Shown piece by piece: positions 23,401-35,086 of a DNA stretch of 64,000 bases; the first letter of the stretch is position 1, and the number at the start of each line of letters is the position of its first letter. A program made the position numbers and the translations under genes. Origin of the DNA: Lingula anatina (lineage: Eukaryota; Animalia; Brachiopoda); assembly GCA_051362555.1 (NCBI GenBank), contig CM120642.1:20026001-20090000 (forward strand), given 5' to 3'. The notes under the pieces are model-generated. The model saw only the letters and a program-made list of their open reading frames with translations, had not been told where the DNA came from and searched no databases.

Positions 23401-25505
23401 AAATATTTTAACAGAATATAGCCATCAATGGAGGTCACGTGGTCTAAAGACAAGCTCAGATATCAGAATAATAGCTATAACTGCCGTTTTTGTGGTAAAA
23501 CAGAATATATTATATTTTTATGAGTTATTCACAATGTTTTTATTGTGAAATATAGATCTCATACGAAGAGTTATTATATCTTTAAGATGTCATAAACCCG
23601 GCGTTGCCACAGTGACCACAGAGGAAGGTCGAGAACGAAGCCTAGGATGTGCTTGTTTTAAATAAAGATGCGTTTTGTTGTTGGGACCCAAATGGCGCTT
23701 ATACCAAAGTCCCTTTAAATCCGTAGATTTACTAATTTATTATTTTTTAAATTATCTATTCATTTATGCATTTATATCTCACTGCGCGCAGATATCTCTG
23801 ATATAATATTGAAGCACATTCCAATGTAATGAATTCATATATCGGAGCAAGCTGCGTACTCACCTTAGATATGTTGCATTTTACTCCTTTGAATTCACAG
23901 TGTATATTGGTGTCTGTCAATTGCCACCCCTTCTCCTTAGTAAAGTTGGCGAAATCAAAGCCTCCCGGGTACCACAGGCTAATATTGGCCATCAAGTCAT
24001 CTATGTTAACACTGCCGGTATTCCCGCTAGGTGCAGCAGGTGGAACTCCATATGCGGCGTCTCCGCTTCCTCCGTAGTCGTAATAAGAGTAGTCTTCGTA
24101 GCTGTACGGATTGTACGCATAGTCGTACGGGTTCAGCATTGACGTCGCTTGGTCCAGAAAGTCGATGTCCGTTTGGTCCAGCTGCGACTTAAGGTACCTT
24201 GAAGGTTGAAAAAAATGTCTCAAGTTCTTATTTTTATTTAATGACAAATTTTTATTTGGTATATTTACTGGGGAGTAGATATTTATCTCCAACAAAATGA
24301 TAATTAATAAATTCTAAAATTCTGGACTGATTTTTTAATTTTTCTTTCAAAGCCTTTCAAAATGTAGATGTACCGCTGTAAATAAATTGAACATTCAGCC
24401 AAGAGGATTATTTATTGCTACTGACATAAGATATATGGCCTATCGCTCAATAACTTTATATAATAGCGCCTTAGATTTTTTTTCATGTATGGTTATACTA
24501 ACCAGTATACGCGAACACACACACATACAATCAACAGAGGGTCACTTATTCTCAAACTTATAACTTTGCCCCTTACTCCCTAAAGCTCTGCGACCGTTGT
24601 ATTTTGATGAAAAAGTCCTCTTCATTTATTTTAAATACATGTTTGCCTAGCTTCGTGAATCATTTGCCCCCCCCCCCCCCCGAACAAAATCCTATGTCAC
24701 CAGGCACTCACGTACGCACTCACCCCGCACACGCATTTAAACATGCACACAAACACTCACACGCATTTAAACGCACACCCCCGGACACGCACACACAGTC
24801 ACACACCCATTTAAACACACATGCACATGCATTCAAACGCCTTTATACACACACACTACCACAAACGCACACACATCCAAAACACACACATTACACACAC
24901 TCACATACATTCACACAAACACACACACGTCCCCCTTACATGTTATTGTGGTATTATTGTACAAAACGAGAGCCCTTGTACCATATGGTGCCATTGTTGC
25001 AATAAATATTCATCGCGACAGCCCATTGCGTCATTTTAAGCTGTCCTTTGTCCACCTTAGCCTGCTTTTGAATCTCTGCACCCAAGAGTAAGCACAACAA
25101 CAAGAATAATGTTGGCTTAGCTCAAAAATGTTGACCCCTCTCTAAATCTCGTCAATGATTTAAATTATTTACGATGAATTGGGTATGGTAAATGGCTAAG
25201 AATTCCAAATTCACACCTACTAAAACTTACTTGTTCACGTTGCAAATTGTTACTGCAGGAAATTGAAGGGTCTTCGAAAACGTCATAGTGATCTTTGTTG
25301 TAGTGTCGTACTTGTAATACGCTATGAAACGCATAGTGATCTGCCAGGTTGCTACGCCGAATCCAGTGAGAATTAACAAAACCCAAATAACTCGACTTAA
25401 GGTGTACTTATTGTCAGCAACCCGGGCAAAGCCGTGAGCGGAGGTGTTGGTGGCGAATTCATACTCCGGTGTGTGTTCCTCCTCCGTGGTCGCCTCGGTG
25501 CCCAT
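17243..25505 (-). CDS. DEG/ENaC (amiloride-sensitive, ASIC/BASIC-like) ion channel subunit; 9 coding exons, 1527 nt, 508 aa
   Basis: Exons 25505-25231, 24197-23864, 22914-22783, 22195-22043, 21630-21483, 20741-20685, 18893-18740, 18468-18377, 17424-17243. All introns are GT-AG with consistent phases (2,0,0,0,1,1,2,1). Motifs: TSAHG, TM1, FPAVTICNVN, GLCYTFN, GNGLKL, PPYGIC, Cys-rich thumb, SDLGGQFGLFMGFSLLTLVEF (TM2). Confidence 0.95.
18377..18468 (-). CDS. DEG/ENaC coding exon 8 (absent from the ORF track)
   Basis: catttcag|G AAA AAC ATT CTC GTG CTG GAT ATT TTC TTC CAA GAC TTA AAT TAC ... TTG ATA A|gtaagt; encodes KNILVLDIFFQDLNYVISEQLPAIESSGLI, the typical palm beta11-12 segment. Confidence 0.93.
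18740..18893 (-). CDS. DEG/ENaC coding exon 7
   Basis: attccag|TG GAA ATT ... GAT ATC GA|gtaagt; encodes CPCKIPCQSVNYETYLSYAKLPS. Confidence 0.93.
19030..19262. mobile_element. CAG..CTG MITE, family A copy 2 (in a DEG/ENaC intron)
   Basis: CAGTGGCGGATTTAG ... AATAATCCTGGATCCGCCCTTG. Flanks TATGTATG / CATGTATG (8 bp, 1 mismatch). Confidence 0.85.
19987..20188. mobile_element. Degenerate CAG..CTG-type MITE
   Basis: CAAGCCCGTAGG ... GCTATTGGTCTG, with G-run and C-run subterminal tracts. Flanks GCAAA / CCAAA. Confidence 0.45.
20685..20741 (-). CDS. DEG/ENaC coding exon 6 (57 bp, absent from the ORF track)
   Basis: ttttccag|GC CCA GGT GAA GTG TGT TCC CCT ... ATT TTA C|gtaagt; encodes GPGEVCSPKQIVECVKPIL (thumb Cys pair). 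Confidence 0.92.
21483..21630 (-). CDS. DEG/ENaC coding exon 5
   Basis: tacttcag|TCC GCA GAG ATG GAG CCG CCG TAT GGG ... CCA G|gtaaat; encodes PPYGIC...YTMSACVQEC...CTC. Confidence 0.93.
22043..22195 (-). CDS. DEG/ENaC coding exon 4 (absent from the ORF track)
   Basis: ctttcag|AGT GAG TAC ... ACA GAT|gtatgt; encodes SEYTNKMERGDPIEVGLLFQVHNQSEPPMMETKSLAVPPGFHAYAGVKRTD. Confidence 0.93.
22567..22593. repeat. (GT)n microsatellite
   Basis: Direct reading. Confidence 0.85.
22783..22914 (-). CDS. DEG/ENaC coding exon 3
   Basis: ttttacag|TCC TTC ACC CCC GTG ... GAA CAG|gtaagt; encodes TEYGLCYTFN...GIGNGLKLIVNIEQ. Confidence 0.95.
23245..23581. mobile_element. MITE at a TTAA-like site (Kolobok/piggyBac-type non-autonomous element)
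   Basis: ATAA|AGGGATAATAACTCTTCGT ... ACGAAGAGTTATTATATCT|TTAA; terminal inverted repeats of about 19 bp. Confidence 0.65.
23864..24197 (-). CDS. DEG/ENaC coding exon 2 (finger domain with Tyr-rich insert)
   Basis: ttcaaccttcaag|G TAC CTT AAG ... TCT AAG|gtgagt; completes NK-YLKS and ends CEFKGVKCNISK. Confidence 0.9.
24705..24928. repeat. Degenerate (CA)n-rich low-complexity tract
   Basis: Repeated CACACAC / CGCAC / CATTTAAAC units. It explains the spurious His/Thr-rich ORFs here. Confidence 0.8.
25231..25505 (-). CDS. DEG/ENaC first coding exon (HG motif, TM1, FPAVTICN)
   Basis: ATG at 25505, with an in-frame TAG 9 nt upstream. Donor AA|gtaagt. A strong acceptor (ttcttcgtccttag|) at 25527-25528 implies non-coding upstream exon(s). 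Confidence 0.95.
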
Positions 25506-25758
25506 ATTTCGCTACCGGCCCCTCGCCTAAGGACGAAGAAAAATAACGAATTATTCCTTGCCTAATCCAAAGTTGTCACACGACTTGTCTGAACTCTAGG
25601 GACTTGGCCCCGTGACGCCCTGTTAAATGTTTCAGTAAAGGGTGGATTTAACCGCGCCGTCCTTGCCATTAACTAGCATTGAACTCCACATCGTATGGTC
25701 ACAGGTACGTCACTACGCCCGTGCTGCCAGAGTTGTCCAACGGTATGGTGTCAATAGT

Positions 25759-25851
25759 GTTTATATAAACCGGCTGTGAGGGAAGGGGTTATGTGAATTA
25801 GCAGTGACAAAAAAACCAATGAAGCGTCCAGACCAAAACTATAGGGGCGTG
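25759..25851 (-). promoter_or_regulatory. Candidate core promoter upstream of the DEG/ENaC gene (TATA, CCAAT, GC-box)
   Basis: Palindromic GTTTATATAAAC at 25759-25770, CCAAT at 25816-25820, GGGGCGTG at 25844-25851. Confidence 0.4.
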
Positions 25852-28800
25852 TTCAATACGCTTTGATTATTTTGGTAGTTACGTGTGACCATAACATTGG
25901 TATAACGCCTGGAACAAAATTGATCACCGTATTGATATCCTATATATAAGTATCAGTTTAATATATCCTTATAAATGTCTTAATACTTATTACTATATCA
26001 TTTTAATTTTTATTTATTTATTTATTTTTTTTGGGGGGGGGGGTAGTAAGTAATGCCTTATACATGTAACAACTTTGTTCTACTTATTTCGTTTTTGCGC
26101 TCATTTTCAGTAGCACTCTTAGAATTGTAAGATTTAACATCGCTATATTTATCATATTTCAAATCTATTATATATGAGTTCGATAAAATCTTTAGTACGT
26201 TATAGATTATGAAGAAAAATTTCCGTCGGATTACAGAAAAGAAAAGGTTTATTGTTTTCTCAAAAACCAATTACGTCCCTAAACCAATGTTATTATGATA
26301 CTTACAGGTTATATTTTAGCGTGAACGGCAGTGCTTGATTTTCTAGAGCAATTAAATTTATGTTTCACGTATCTGCATGATTTAACTTGCTATATATGAA
26401 TGTGGCCGAATACCAATTACTGTCAGCTGCACAATGAACTTGGAGGCGGTCTGTGCTTCTTGTATCATTCTGAATTTCGATCAACTTTGTGACTCCTCCC
26501 GAAATTACTCCTACAAATTGTGTACATGCTGCGCCCAGTATCAGAAATCACAAGAAAATTGATGACTTTCATAAATATTTGATACAGAAACGCCTTGACG
26601 CTCACTGCTGTAGTATAACGATATCACGCGCCGATGTTTACCAGACAAACTTGAGACGGACCTCTTGAAACAATGGCCAACTCATACATATAATGTAATC
26701 GATGAGCGGAAACACTCTACTAATGACCGATGTCTGATATAGCCATTAGACTATCACAGCCAATTAATGGTATCGAAAATATTGTGATGAAGATCGAGGG
26801 AGGAGTAAACAATCCACTTGACAACTATATTAACCGATCTCATCACGTGAAACAACTTTTTTGTTTTAGACGTAAACGCCATTGCTACAGTTTATATACC
26901 TACTTCCAATCCGAGGTCGTGCATCATACATGTATATGTAACTGCGTAAAATTGAACTGTGTTTTATTTTTGTCCTGAAACTTTATTAAATTAACTTCAT
27001 TGTTTAAATATTGTTGATACATTTATTTCTTTGCTCCATGAAGGACCCGAGACTGGGGCCATCCCAGCTGCATTTGCTTTCTTCTGCGTGCGATGAAGTC
27101 ATATCGATTCAAGTGAACGTATTCTTCTGATGGAAATTCATCTGTGTAGATAAGTCATTAGGTTTCACTTTTTACGCTGTTACACACGCCGGGGAAGGTC
27201 GCGAAGTAACCGAAAACTTTGTTTAGATATAGCTTAATGTTTAGTGTAGAAAAGTTTAAACCTCATGAATGAACGTATTCTTGTTCTCTCTCGTAAGATT
27301 TCACAAGAGGATTTTTTCAAGCCAATGTGATATTGATATCACACACTTCTGTCGCACTTGGAGCAAATCCATCAATTTCAGTTGAACTGCCTTTAAAAGG
27401 GCTCTTGCATTTTTCACTTAGGTCAGGTGTACGTTTACTTTTTCAAAAGACTTGGGTTTATTTACATCGAATTGCAAATAATTTATGCCAACATGATGGT
27501 TATCTCACCAAATATTGATTTACGTCGTGTAAAAAAGAAGTCTAACTGAGTGGGTAAACTTGACCGTTACTCTTAAAACGCTGCATGCACCGGCATTTAC
27601 TACTAATGCGCACCATTTGTTACGGTAAGGCATGTTTGTCCTTCTCTTTCACCCCCCCTCCTAATTTTTAAAGGCATAGTTTGCTCCGTTGTTTTTCTTT
27701 CAAGCATAGGTTATAAGTTTAAAAACACCCGAAGCGAACAATTGCCACGAAATCATCTTTAGTAAGGATATTGATCAATTTCAGATACTTTTTCCTTAAA
27801 GCCCAGTATCAACTTTGCCATGTTATTTCATTGTAAAACATGTTTTCTGCATCATTGAAAACTTGAGTTCCAACCATATACCAACTGCATTCACCATAGC
27901 CCTCTTTTCGTGGCCTTGGTGTGTTAAATTCTTCTTTGCAACGACTGAAGATTATATTTTATGAACTGTCATCAATAACAACCCCGGGTTAAATTCGATA
28001 CAGTTAATGCATCCCTGGACACTTTTAAATGAGGGAATGACTTAGGCAACTGTTACAGCAAATGTTACAGCCGAGTAGTAAGACGAAAAGTAAACGTGAG
28101 ACAGTCAACTAAAATAAGGACTCTCGACGTCTCAAGCAGGGGCTGTTACAGTAAAGAATCTATCCTCAAAGCGGTCGCAAGGCTGCTGTAACGGGCTTCA
28201 GGTATGTCAAACAACCCAGCCGGCGGTGCTTACTAGTCGCTGCTTGCAGTTGACTTACCTGAGAATAATTAAAGAGAGATTACAACAATTTCAAAGACAT
28301 ACATTGATCATTTACAAAACATACCGTCAATCCATATTAACCGAGACCCTTACTAGTATGTTTTCTGTCGTTTGCATTGAATAATTTCCGACTTACACGG
28401 CCATGTTCATGTTGAGCTAGTTAAACGGCATTTTGGTCAATTCTGTGTGATATCGCGAAATATAAAGGACATATTTTAATTACGAAATAACCAAGCCTTT
28501 GTAATTTTGTTTACCGTGAGAAATGTGAATATTAGACCTTAAGATTGCATTGGTTAGCTTCTGTTTAGAAGTAGAACTTCAGTTAAAAAAGGTGATTTCA
28601 TGTGTAAAATGCAAGCAAATAAAAATAAGAATTGGCAGGTATTGGATTTCACCACGATACACCAGAGGGATATAATTTTTTTATTAGTAATTCAATTGGT
28701 CAATAGGTCAAATGGTAATAGGTCAATACATTCGTGGTTAATTATGGCAGATTTAGGCCTATATGAAGTCTATTAATCGACTACTGCGTCATGTAAAGTT

Positions 28801-29665
28801 ACAGGGGCTGCCACATCTAACAGACATTTGGGAAACTTAAAATTTGGACAGGTTTGTGAAATTTAAAACAGATTTTATCACTCAAAAAAATTACACCTGC
28901 AATTTTAAGTAATTTTAAGCAATTTTCTGTTGTTACCAACTTTATTCCTTCAAACAACTTTGTACAACATACATGTGTTGTGACATCGACTACATTGTTT
29001 TCATTTTCTCTTATTTTCCACATTTTTTATTGTTAATTTCCTAATATCGTATTATTGTTATCGTCATTGTATTTGTGTCCATTCATTTATTTATTTACTT
29101 ATTTATTATCACAAAATACGAGCTATGGTGACTGTTATATATATTCTTTTCATTATTAGGAAAGAGAAATAGGCAGATTACAAGCAAAAATTTAATAAAT
29201 ACCCGATAAATGAATAAAAAATGCCATGCAATTTATACAAATTTATGCCACATGATACTGCAGACGTATAAAATCTATCTTCACATTGTGTTATTGCTGC
29301 AGCAATGATGCTCAAACAGCCTTGCTGGTTTGAAAAACGGGAAAACAATATCTCAATTACATTCTGTGTGAATGAAGTTAATGAAACTTTTCTGACACAT
29401 CTAAAATGTACACACGCGTATGCAGCCTCTAAGCAAATATTGTGTGCTTCATAACACAGACCTACGCCTGAGAATGATAGAAATGGAGTTGAAAATTGTA
29501 AAATACAATTCAAAGTGCGACGCAATCTAAAAACGGCTCAACCAACCATAAACAGCCAATGCGTAAGAATGTGATTGCGTTCAACTGTCACACCTACCAC
29601 AATCTATGTTACAACAAAGAATAGTAAATGACCATTTATCACAAACTAATAAGTACGATACTCAC

Positions 29666-29715
29666 AGTCGCAACAACAACTCAACCACTGGCGGCAGGAG
29701 CAACGTCTGAGCAGA
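29666..29715 (-). other. Candidate 50-nt non-coding exon (DEG/ENaC 5'UTR or lncRNA)
   Basis: ttttcttcag|TCTGCTC...GCGACT|gtgagt; GC-richer than its flanks. Confidence 0.35.
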
Positions 29716-29981
29716 CTGAAGAAAATGCCAGATTGACACTGAAACGTGTTTCTGAGAATTGTGAAAATATTAGTTTAGGACAAAAAAAAAATCTGTTACC
29801 TTAATAACATTATCAGACCGATATGCACCAATTTCAAAATCGAAGTTACAGTCGTAAGATCACTTTAATGGTGAGGCCATGCTAAGAAGGCAGTTTTTAA
29901 GGGAAGAGGGAAGGACAGGGGTAAAAAAAGTAAAAAAAGTAGGCTTAAAACTCTGCCTGCTTCCACATCTAAACGATAATG

Positions 29982-30089
29982 CAGGAGCGGATCCAGGATT
30001 ATTCGAAGGGGGTCCGAGGATGCCGTGTCGATCTCCCCCAAATTCCTCCCCTCCCCCCACCCACTCAGCGTGGGGTGCGGGGCCACTGA
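29982..30089. mobile_element. Partial, inverted family A MITE end
   Basis: CAGGAGCGGATCCAGGATTATTCGAAGGGGGTCC is the reverse complement of the family A right end. No TSD found. Confidence 0.55.
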
Positions 30090-30797
30090 AGGTTTTGGGT
30101 TTTGTGGGTTTTGTGGTTAATATGGGCATTAGTGCTAAAAGATGTGCGGGTAGTGTTAGTAAACGCTTAATCCGTTTATAGGGCCTGTATTTGACTCTCC
30201 TGCATACACCAATATAGCATTTATATCACTAGTGCCTCTGTCCCAGTTACATGTGACATTTATGCTGAATACCCGATGCCTCTCGAAACCTGTAAGCTAC
30301 ATGTACTGTCTAAAATGAACTCAATTCCCTAGAGAAATTCCCTTATGTGTCCTTATAAAGTTATTTACCTTTTGCCTACCCGGTGTTTGTATGTGTTAAA
30401 TCTGATATGAATGTTTTCAGTAAAGCTCACTGTAAGCTTCTCATACTGGAAAGAACAGTTTCAATGCCGCGCGGTCGACATTGAATGTCTTCTGACGGAG
30501 ATGTTGAGGTTCATCATTTTCATTTAGAGCAATATAGTCTACGATCAATTTTAATCAAAGTGTATTTCAAATAAAGCAGATGATTCAATGTCTAAAATCA
30601 CTATCCTCTCAAAGAAATGTCTTTAAAAGAAACCTGATCGTGCCAGATGAAGTATTATAAAAGTCTATTAATTGCAATCGGTTGCAACAGAGCAGCCCAT
30701 TTATGCGGTAAGGTATATCGAGAATGGCTTCTTTGTCATAAATAAAACCTCTTACCGATGCATCAGAGTCGATCATCTTTTACAACTGTGACTGTTC

Positions 30798-31080
30798 CAG
30801 TGGCGAATTTGGGGGGGGGGGGGTCAGGGGGGTCCTGACCCCCCCCCCCCTTCGATTTCTAAAAAAAATCACACGAATGGTCCCCTCTTGAAATTATATA
30901 GAATTTTGACTAGCAGAATCATAGTTCTAAACCGTATGAAATGGCACCGTTCGACCTATTAAATATCAATTTTTTTCGGGGCCCTTCAGCGGGCCCAGAA
31001 CCCCACGCCAATGGGGGGGGGAGGAGTCAGCTTCGCATCCGCGACCCCCCCCCCTTCAAATAAACCTGGATCCGCCCCTC
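30798..31080. mobile_element. CAG..CTG MITE, family A copy 3
   Basis: CAGTGGCGAATTTG ... CCTGGATCCGCCCCTC, with CTGTTC on both flanks. Shares GGTCAGGGGGGTCCTGAC and CCCCTCTTGAAATTA with copies 1 and 2. Confidence 0.85.
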
Positions 31081-33361
31081 CTGTTCATGCAGTTTTATTT
31101 AGGTCATTTTCATAAGCAGTGTTTGGATTACGTTGTTGCTTTGTTTTGACGATACTGGCAGAGCCCGAATTTGTTTTTGAACAATTCTTCTTTGAAGTAC
31201 GTAGTCACGATAAAAAGCACAGTATTCGTGTCAGTTGGGAAGAAAACCTACAGTGGTGCAGTGATGTAACTGGTTAGTGACGAATCAAGGTAAAACACGT
31301 TGACGCGTACCACAATGCCCAGTTCACATTTAGAAAATCATGAGTCGCTTTCTGAGCGCTCCTGTTTCGACCTAAATTTTATCCTCTAAACCATGAGCTA
31401 AATATGTGTTTATGCTCTGTCTTGAGAAAATACTCATAAATAGTCCACTTTCTCTCTAGCTAAAACTGGTTCGGTTCTGGCGCGCGCTCGATAGGTTCAA
31501 GACAACCAGTGTAAATCCGTTGAATTCCCACGCCTTGTGCCAGCGAGCCACGATTTACGACATCAAGATAATAACTCCATGTGCAAATTCCCACTTGAAG
31601 CCAGCTGCCAACGCGGAAATACAGAAACACGTCTGTTTCTCAAGTGGCGTGTTTTACGGTGCATTCTCGTTCGTAGAGCTCGCTAGTTGTAGTCAGAGAA
31701 GAAAAGATACCTTCAAGCATTGCGGACTGTCGGTTGACGAAAAGATCAAGGGGTATCTGCCCATATCGATCCTTGTGATGACAAATGACGAGGACATTTT
31801 GTAAAAGCTGAATGAGGTCACGGTAAGTAAAAAAATAAATTGATTATCAAACTGAAGTTTATAAAATGTGGAACGACGCACTGAAAGTGTTAATTTCACG
31901 TATTTTTCATTGACAAAATCAAATGCGTGCCTTCCATTTGAATCTGGCCCGAGAGGAGAATTTAATGAGTACAATGGCGCAGGGAAAGGCGAGGTTAACG
32001 TAAATATGTACATTTATTCCGTAAACATTTTGACTCGTAAAATAGGCATGCTTTATTACGTTCCAGTCTTATCATGAAGATAATTTATTCTGTAGTTTAT
32101 TCACTAGATATGGCACTGTGAACGATAATATAAGGGAAAGCATGTTCAGTGCACAAAAATAATTCCCAGACTTGTAGATGTGAACTGAGCAAACAGTTAC
32201 TCGCCGTTTCAGGTACATGTAGTTTCGCCAATGTTACTGAATTAATGCTATGTGTCGTTTCAACAAGTTATCGGAGAAATCAGATATTGGTGATTATTCG
32301 TTTAATAAGGCCATCTTGCCTAACCTAAGTTAATTTCCAAGTCATTAAAATATTCCCCTAAGACGCACTAGTGATGAGATCTTGTGAATCAGGAGCTATG
32401 TTATCAACAAGCAGCTCATTTAATAACCAGTGCGGTACCAGTTGGTGTTGGTCCTTTATACACTAGGCTATCTTTGTGTTTGCTACTTTGCTGTCTCTGA
32501 AAAGCAGATAATATATCAAACGAAACACAGGCGATAGCATACAGCAAGAATTTTTAAAATTCACTCCAATTCAATTGCAACCAACAATTCTATTCGTCTA
32601 AATCTGGTAGGTGATATGATACTTCAGAAGTATTGGCAAACTTTTTAAAAAATGCTCGCTTTGTCACCGGCCCCGGAAAATTGGTAAATATAAAAATGCC
32701 ACTTAAAATCTAACTCGGCAGCAAAGCTTTTTTCTTTTATCTAAATAAAGTGTAATGTGCTCAGTCCTCCATTAAGCGATTACCACATGAATCAAAGAGT
32801 AAATTTCATTTGCAGCTTTATGACTGAGGATTGAATTTTTCATAGAGGATTGAATTGTCGAACTGTTTTTGCTATTGTTGAGAAAAGGATAAGTTACTTA
32901 GTACACCAAATGCATGTAGAATTAACCTTGATATATACATGTAAGTATAAAAAGTGACTGATCCCTTTTCAAGATAATAATTTATTTGGAGGGAGGGGGA
33001 TAAACTAATAAAGCCAATTAAATAAATGATACATAGCAATGATTTATTGAAAGTAAACGCATTAAGGTAGGCGTTGTTGATTAAGAGGCCAACATTTACT
33101 CATAATGGCATAACGATGAAGTGGCCCTCAGATACATGTAGAACTGCACAGTTGTCCTGAAATGTTCTGATTGAAAATCTCGTCTGGGTGTCAATCCACA
33201 GTTGTTCAAAAGACATGCGAGACACACTCAGTGAAAAAACGGAAGCATTAGAAGTTCAGTTGCAATTAAATACTCAAGGCATTGTCTTGTTAGTTTCCCG
33301 ATGCTCCCGTTGCCTTAGATATGGCCTGCGCTGTTCAGTATAATCCATTTGCGTGATTTGT

Positions 33362-33428
33362 TGACGTCACGGTAAACACGTGACCTGAGGCCCAGGAAAC
33401 ACACGGGTTTCTAAAAATGAATGGCGCC
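33362..33428. promoter_or_regulatory. Dense transcription-factor motif cluster (CRE, forkhead, E-box, YY1-like)
   Basis: TGACGTCA 33362-33369, GTAAACA 33372-33378, CACGTGAC 33377-33384, AATGGCGCC 33420-33428. Confidence 0.35.
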
Positions 33429-33435
33429 GAATACC

Positions 33436-33451
33436 TTTTTTTTTTTTTTTT

Positions 33452-33483
<32 letters not shown>
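33436..33483. repeat. Poly-T followed by (GA)n microsatellite
   Basis: Direct reading. Confidence 0.9.
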
Positions 33484-33486
<3 letters not shown>

Positions 33487-34871
33487 TAGTGACGGCATTG
33501 CTTGTTTCCTTTACAAAAAAGACACTGCTGCTTTCAACATGGAAGTCAAAATCGATATACTGATAGTCGAAATGCCTGGAAGGTTACATATTGGATGTGT
33601 TATTTTGCACTTCTCTTATATTTGTTTATCCCTCTAAAAAGATTTCATTATATAACTGACGAGATTCGTGACGTGTGCACTCGGTGACCGATGTTCTGAG
33701 ATTATAACTTTAAATTGAATTACGGTGCACTGTAAACCTAGACTGGGAACAGATATTCATGCCAATAATCAAATCATAAAAGCAGAAAAGCATCAGTCAG
33801 TTGTTTCATTCCCATAATGGTATTTTTTTTATACTACAATCATACTGAAGTTCATCCATTACGCAAAGTGCTGAATACAAAAAATGCCATTTAACTGAAA
33901 TCGATTTGCATGGCTGAATTAACAAACGTATTTTCAATTTCCTCTTATATCTAAACCAAATGCATCTTTGTTTTATTAAACAGATGAAATGCTCTTTTGT
34001 TGTCTGTAAAGATTAATGGTGTCACGTTGCAAACCGAACAGAATTATACCAACGTTTATACACATGCCACTATTGTGAACAGAGACACGTCTAGCTGGAG
34101 GAAACAAAAAGCATTTCCTAGTAAATAGAAAACAGGAGTCTCTGTGAAGCCATCGAAATCTCAATGTAATCTTCTCGAAAAATTGATACAATTTTCGAGC
34201 ATCAAAGCAGCCGCCGGGGAACTTTGGGTTTTTTTTGTTTTTTTTTTGTCTCCAAATGCCTGTTATACCTTACAGAATGCAAACGGATAAATCTGTCCAC
34301 AGAAACAAATGGCATTTTTGTTTGGCAGGGTTTTGTATACCATTAGTAAATTTGGATCCAGGGCTTTTGTAACGTTGTACAGGTGTAACAGAGTCTAACA
34401 GAGAATTAAAATTTCCTCTTGTGGTTTCTGGTTTGTAGTTACTGGTATACCGTGTATCTCTAGGGCGTTCCATTAAGAAAAAGATAGAGAGAAAGCAAAT
34501 GCAATCATGATTTCATTTTAAGACACGCACACGCATGTTGCTATTTTGCTTATATTGAGCCAGTGATCTCGACTTCTGGGTGTCTATTTGGTCACCACTA
34601 GACTAAAGTCACTGTTATTCATTGTCACCACTCGAACTTCGAGCCTTATAAAATCATTTTGATACAAGTACGATTATTAATGGCATTTAATTGATTTTTC
34701 CACGATCCACAGGGACTGTGTCCTTTTAAAATGCTCTCTTCAGCGTGTCTGAGTTCTGGAAAAGGGCAATACTAACGCTTTCTGATAGAAATAATTGGTA
34801 CGCAGAATTTAATATTTCGTGTTCTGAACTGTATAATTACACTATTACGGTCTGTTTCGCGCTTACACTTA

Positions 34872-35086
34872 GGCTCTATTCCCATAGATTTTAGATCGAT
34901 CTATCCCCGCGGGGAGTCTCACTAGAATACTTTCAGATAATCCGACTTAAATGTCCGTCCCGCCTACTACAAGCTGTAAGGGGATAATTAACTTTCGTGT
35001 CCGCCCGGCTGACAGCTATTAAGCGTGAACCCCCAGGGAGTTAGGTCGATCTAAAGTAGGTCGATCTAATCTATGGAAATGGGGTG
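34872..35086. mobile_element. Harbinger/Tourist-like MITE (family B)
   Basis: GGCTCTATTCCCATAGATTTTAGATCGATCTA ... TAGGTCGATCTAATCTATGGAAATGGGGTG, with TTA/TAA flanks. Arms resemble the 58761-59180 element. Confidence 0.6.

Noticed and set aside
21504-24142. Plus-strand ORFs at 21504, 22001, 23829 and 23900
   Set aside because: Antisense shadows of GC-richer DEG/ENaC exons.
24604-25039. His/Thr-rich ORFs
   Set aside because: Translations of a (CA)n-rich tract.
28152-29335. Weak similarity between ~28152-28222 and ~29266-29330 (AATCTATC..GCTGC..TCAAACA)
   Set aside because: Too short and divergent to separate from chance without alignment statistics.
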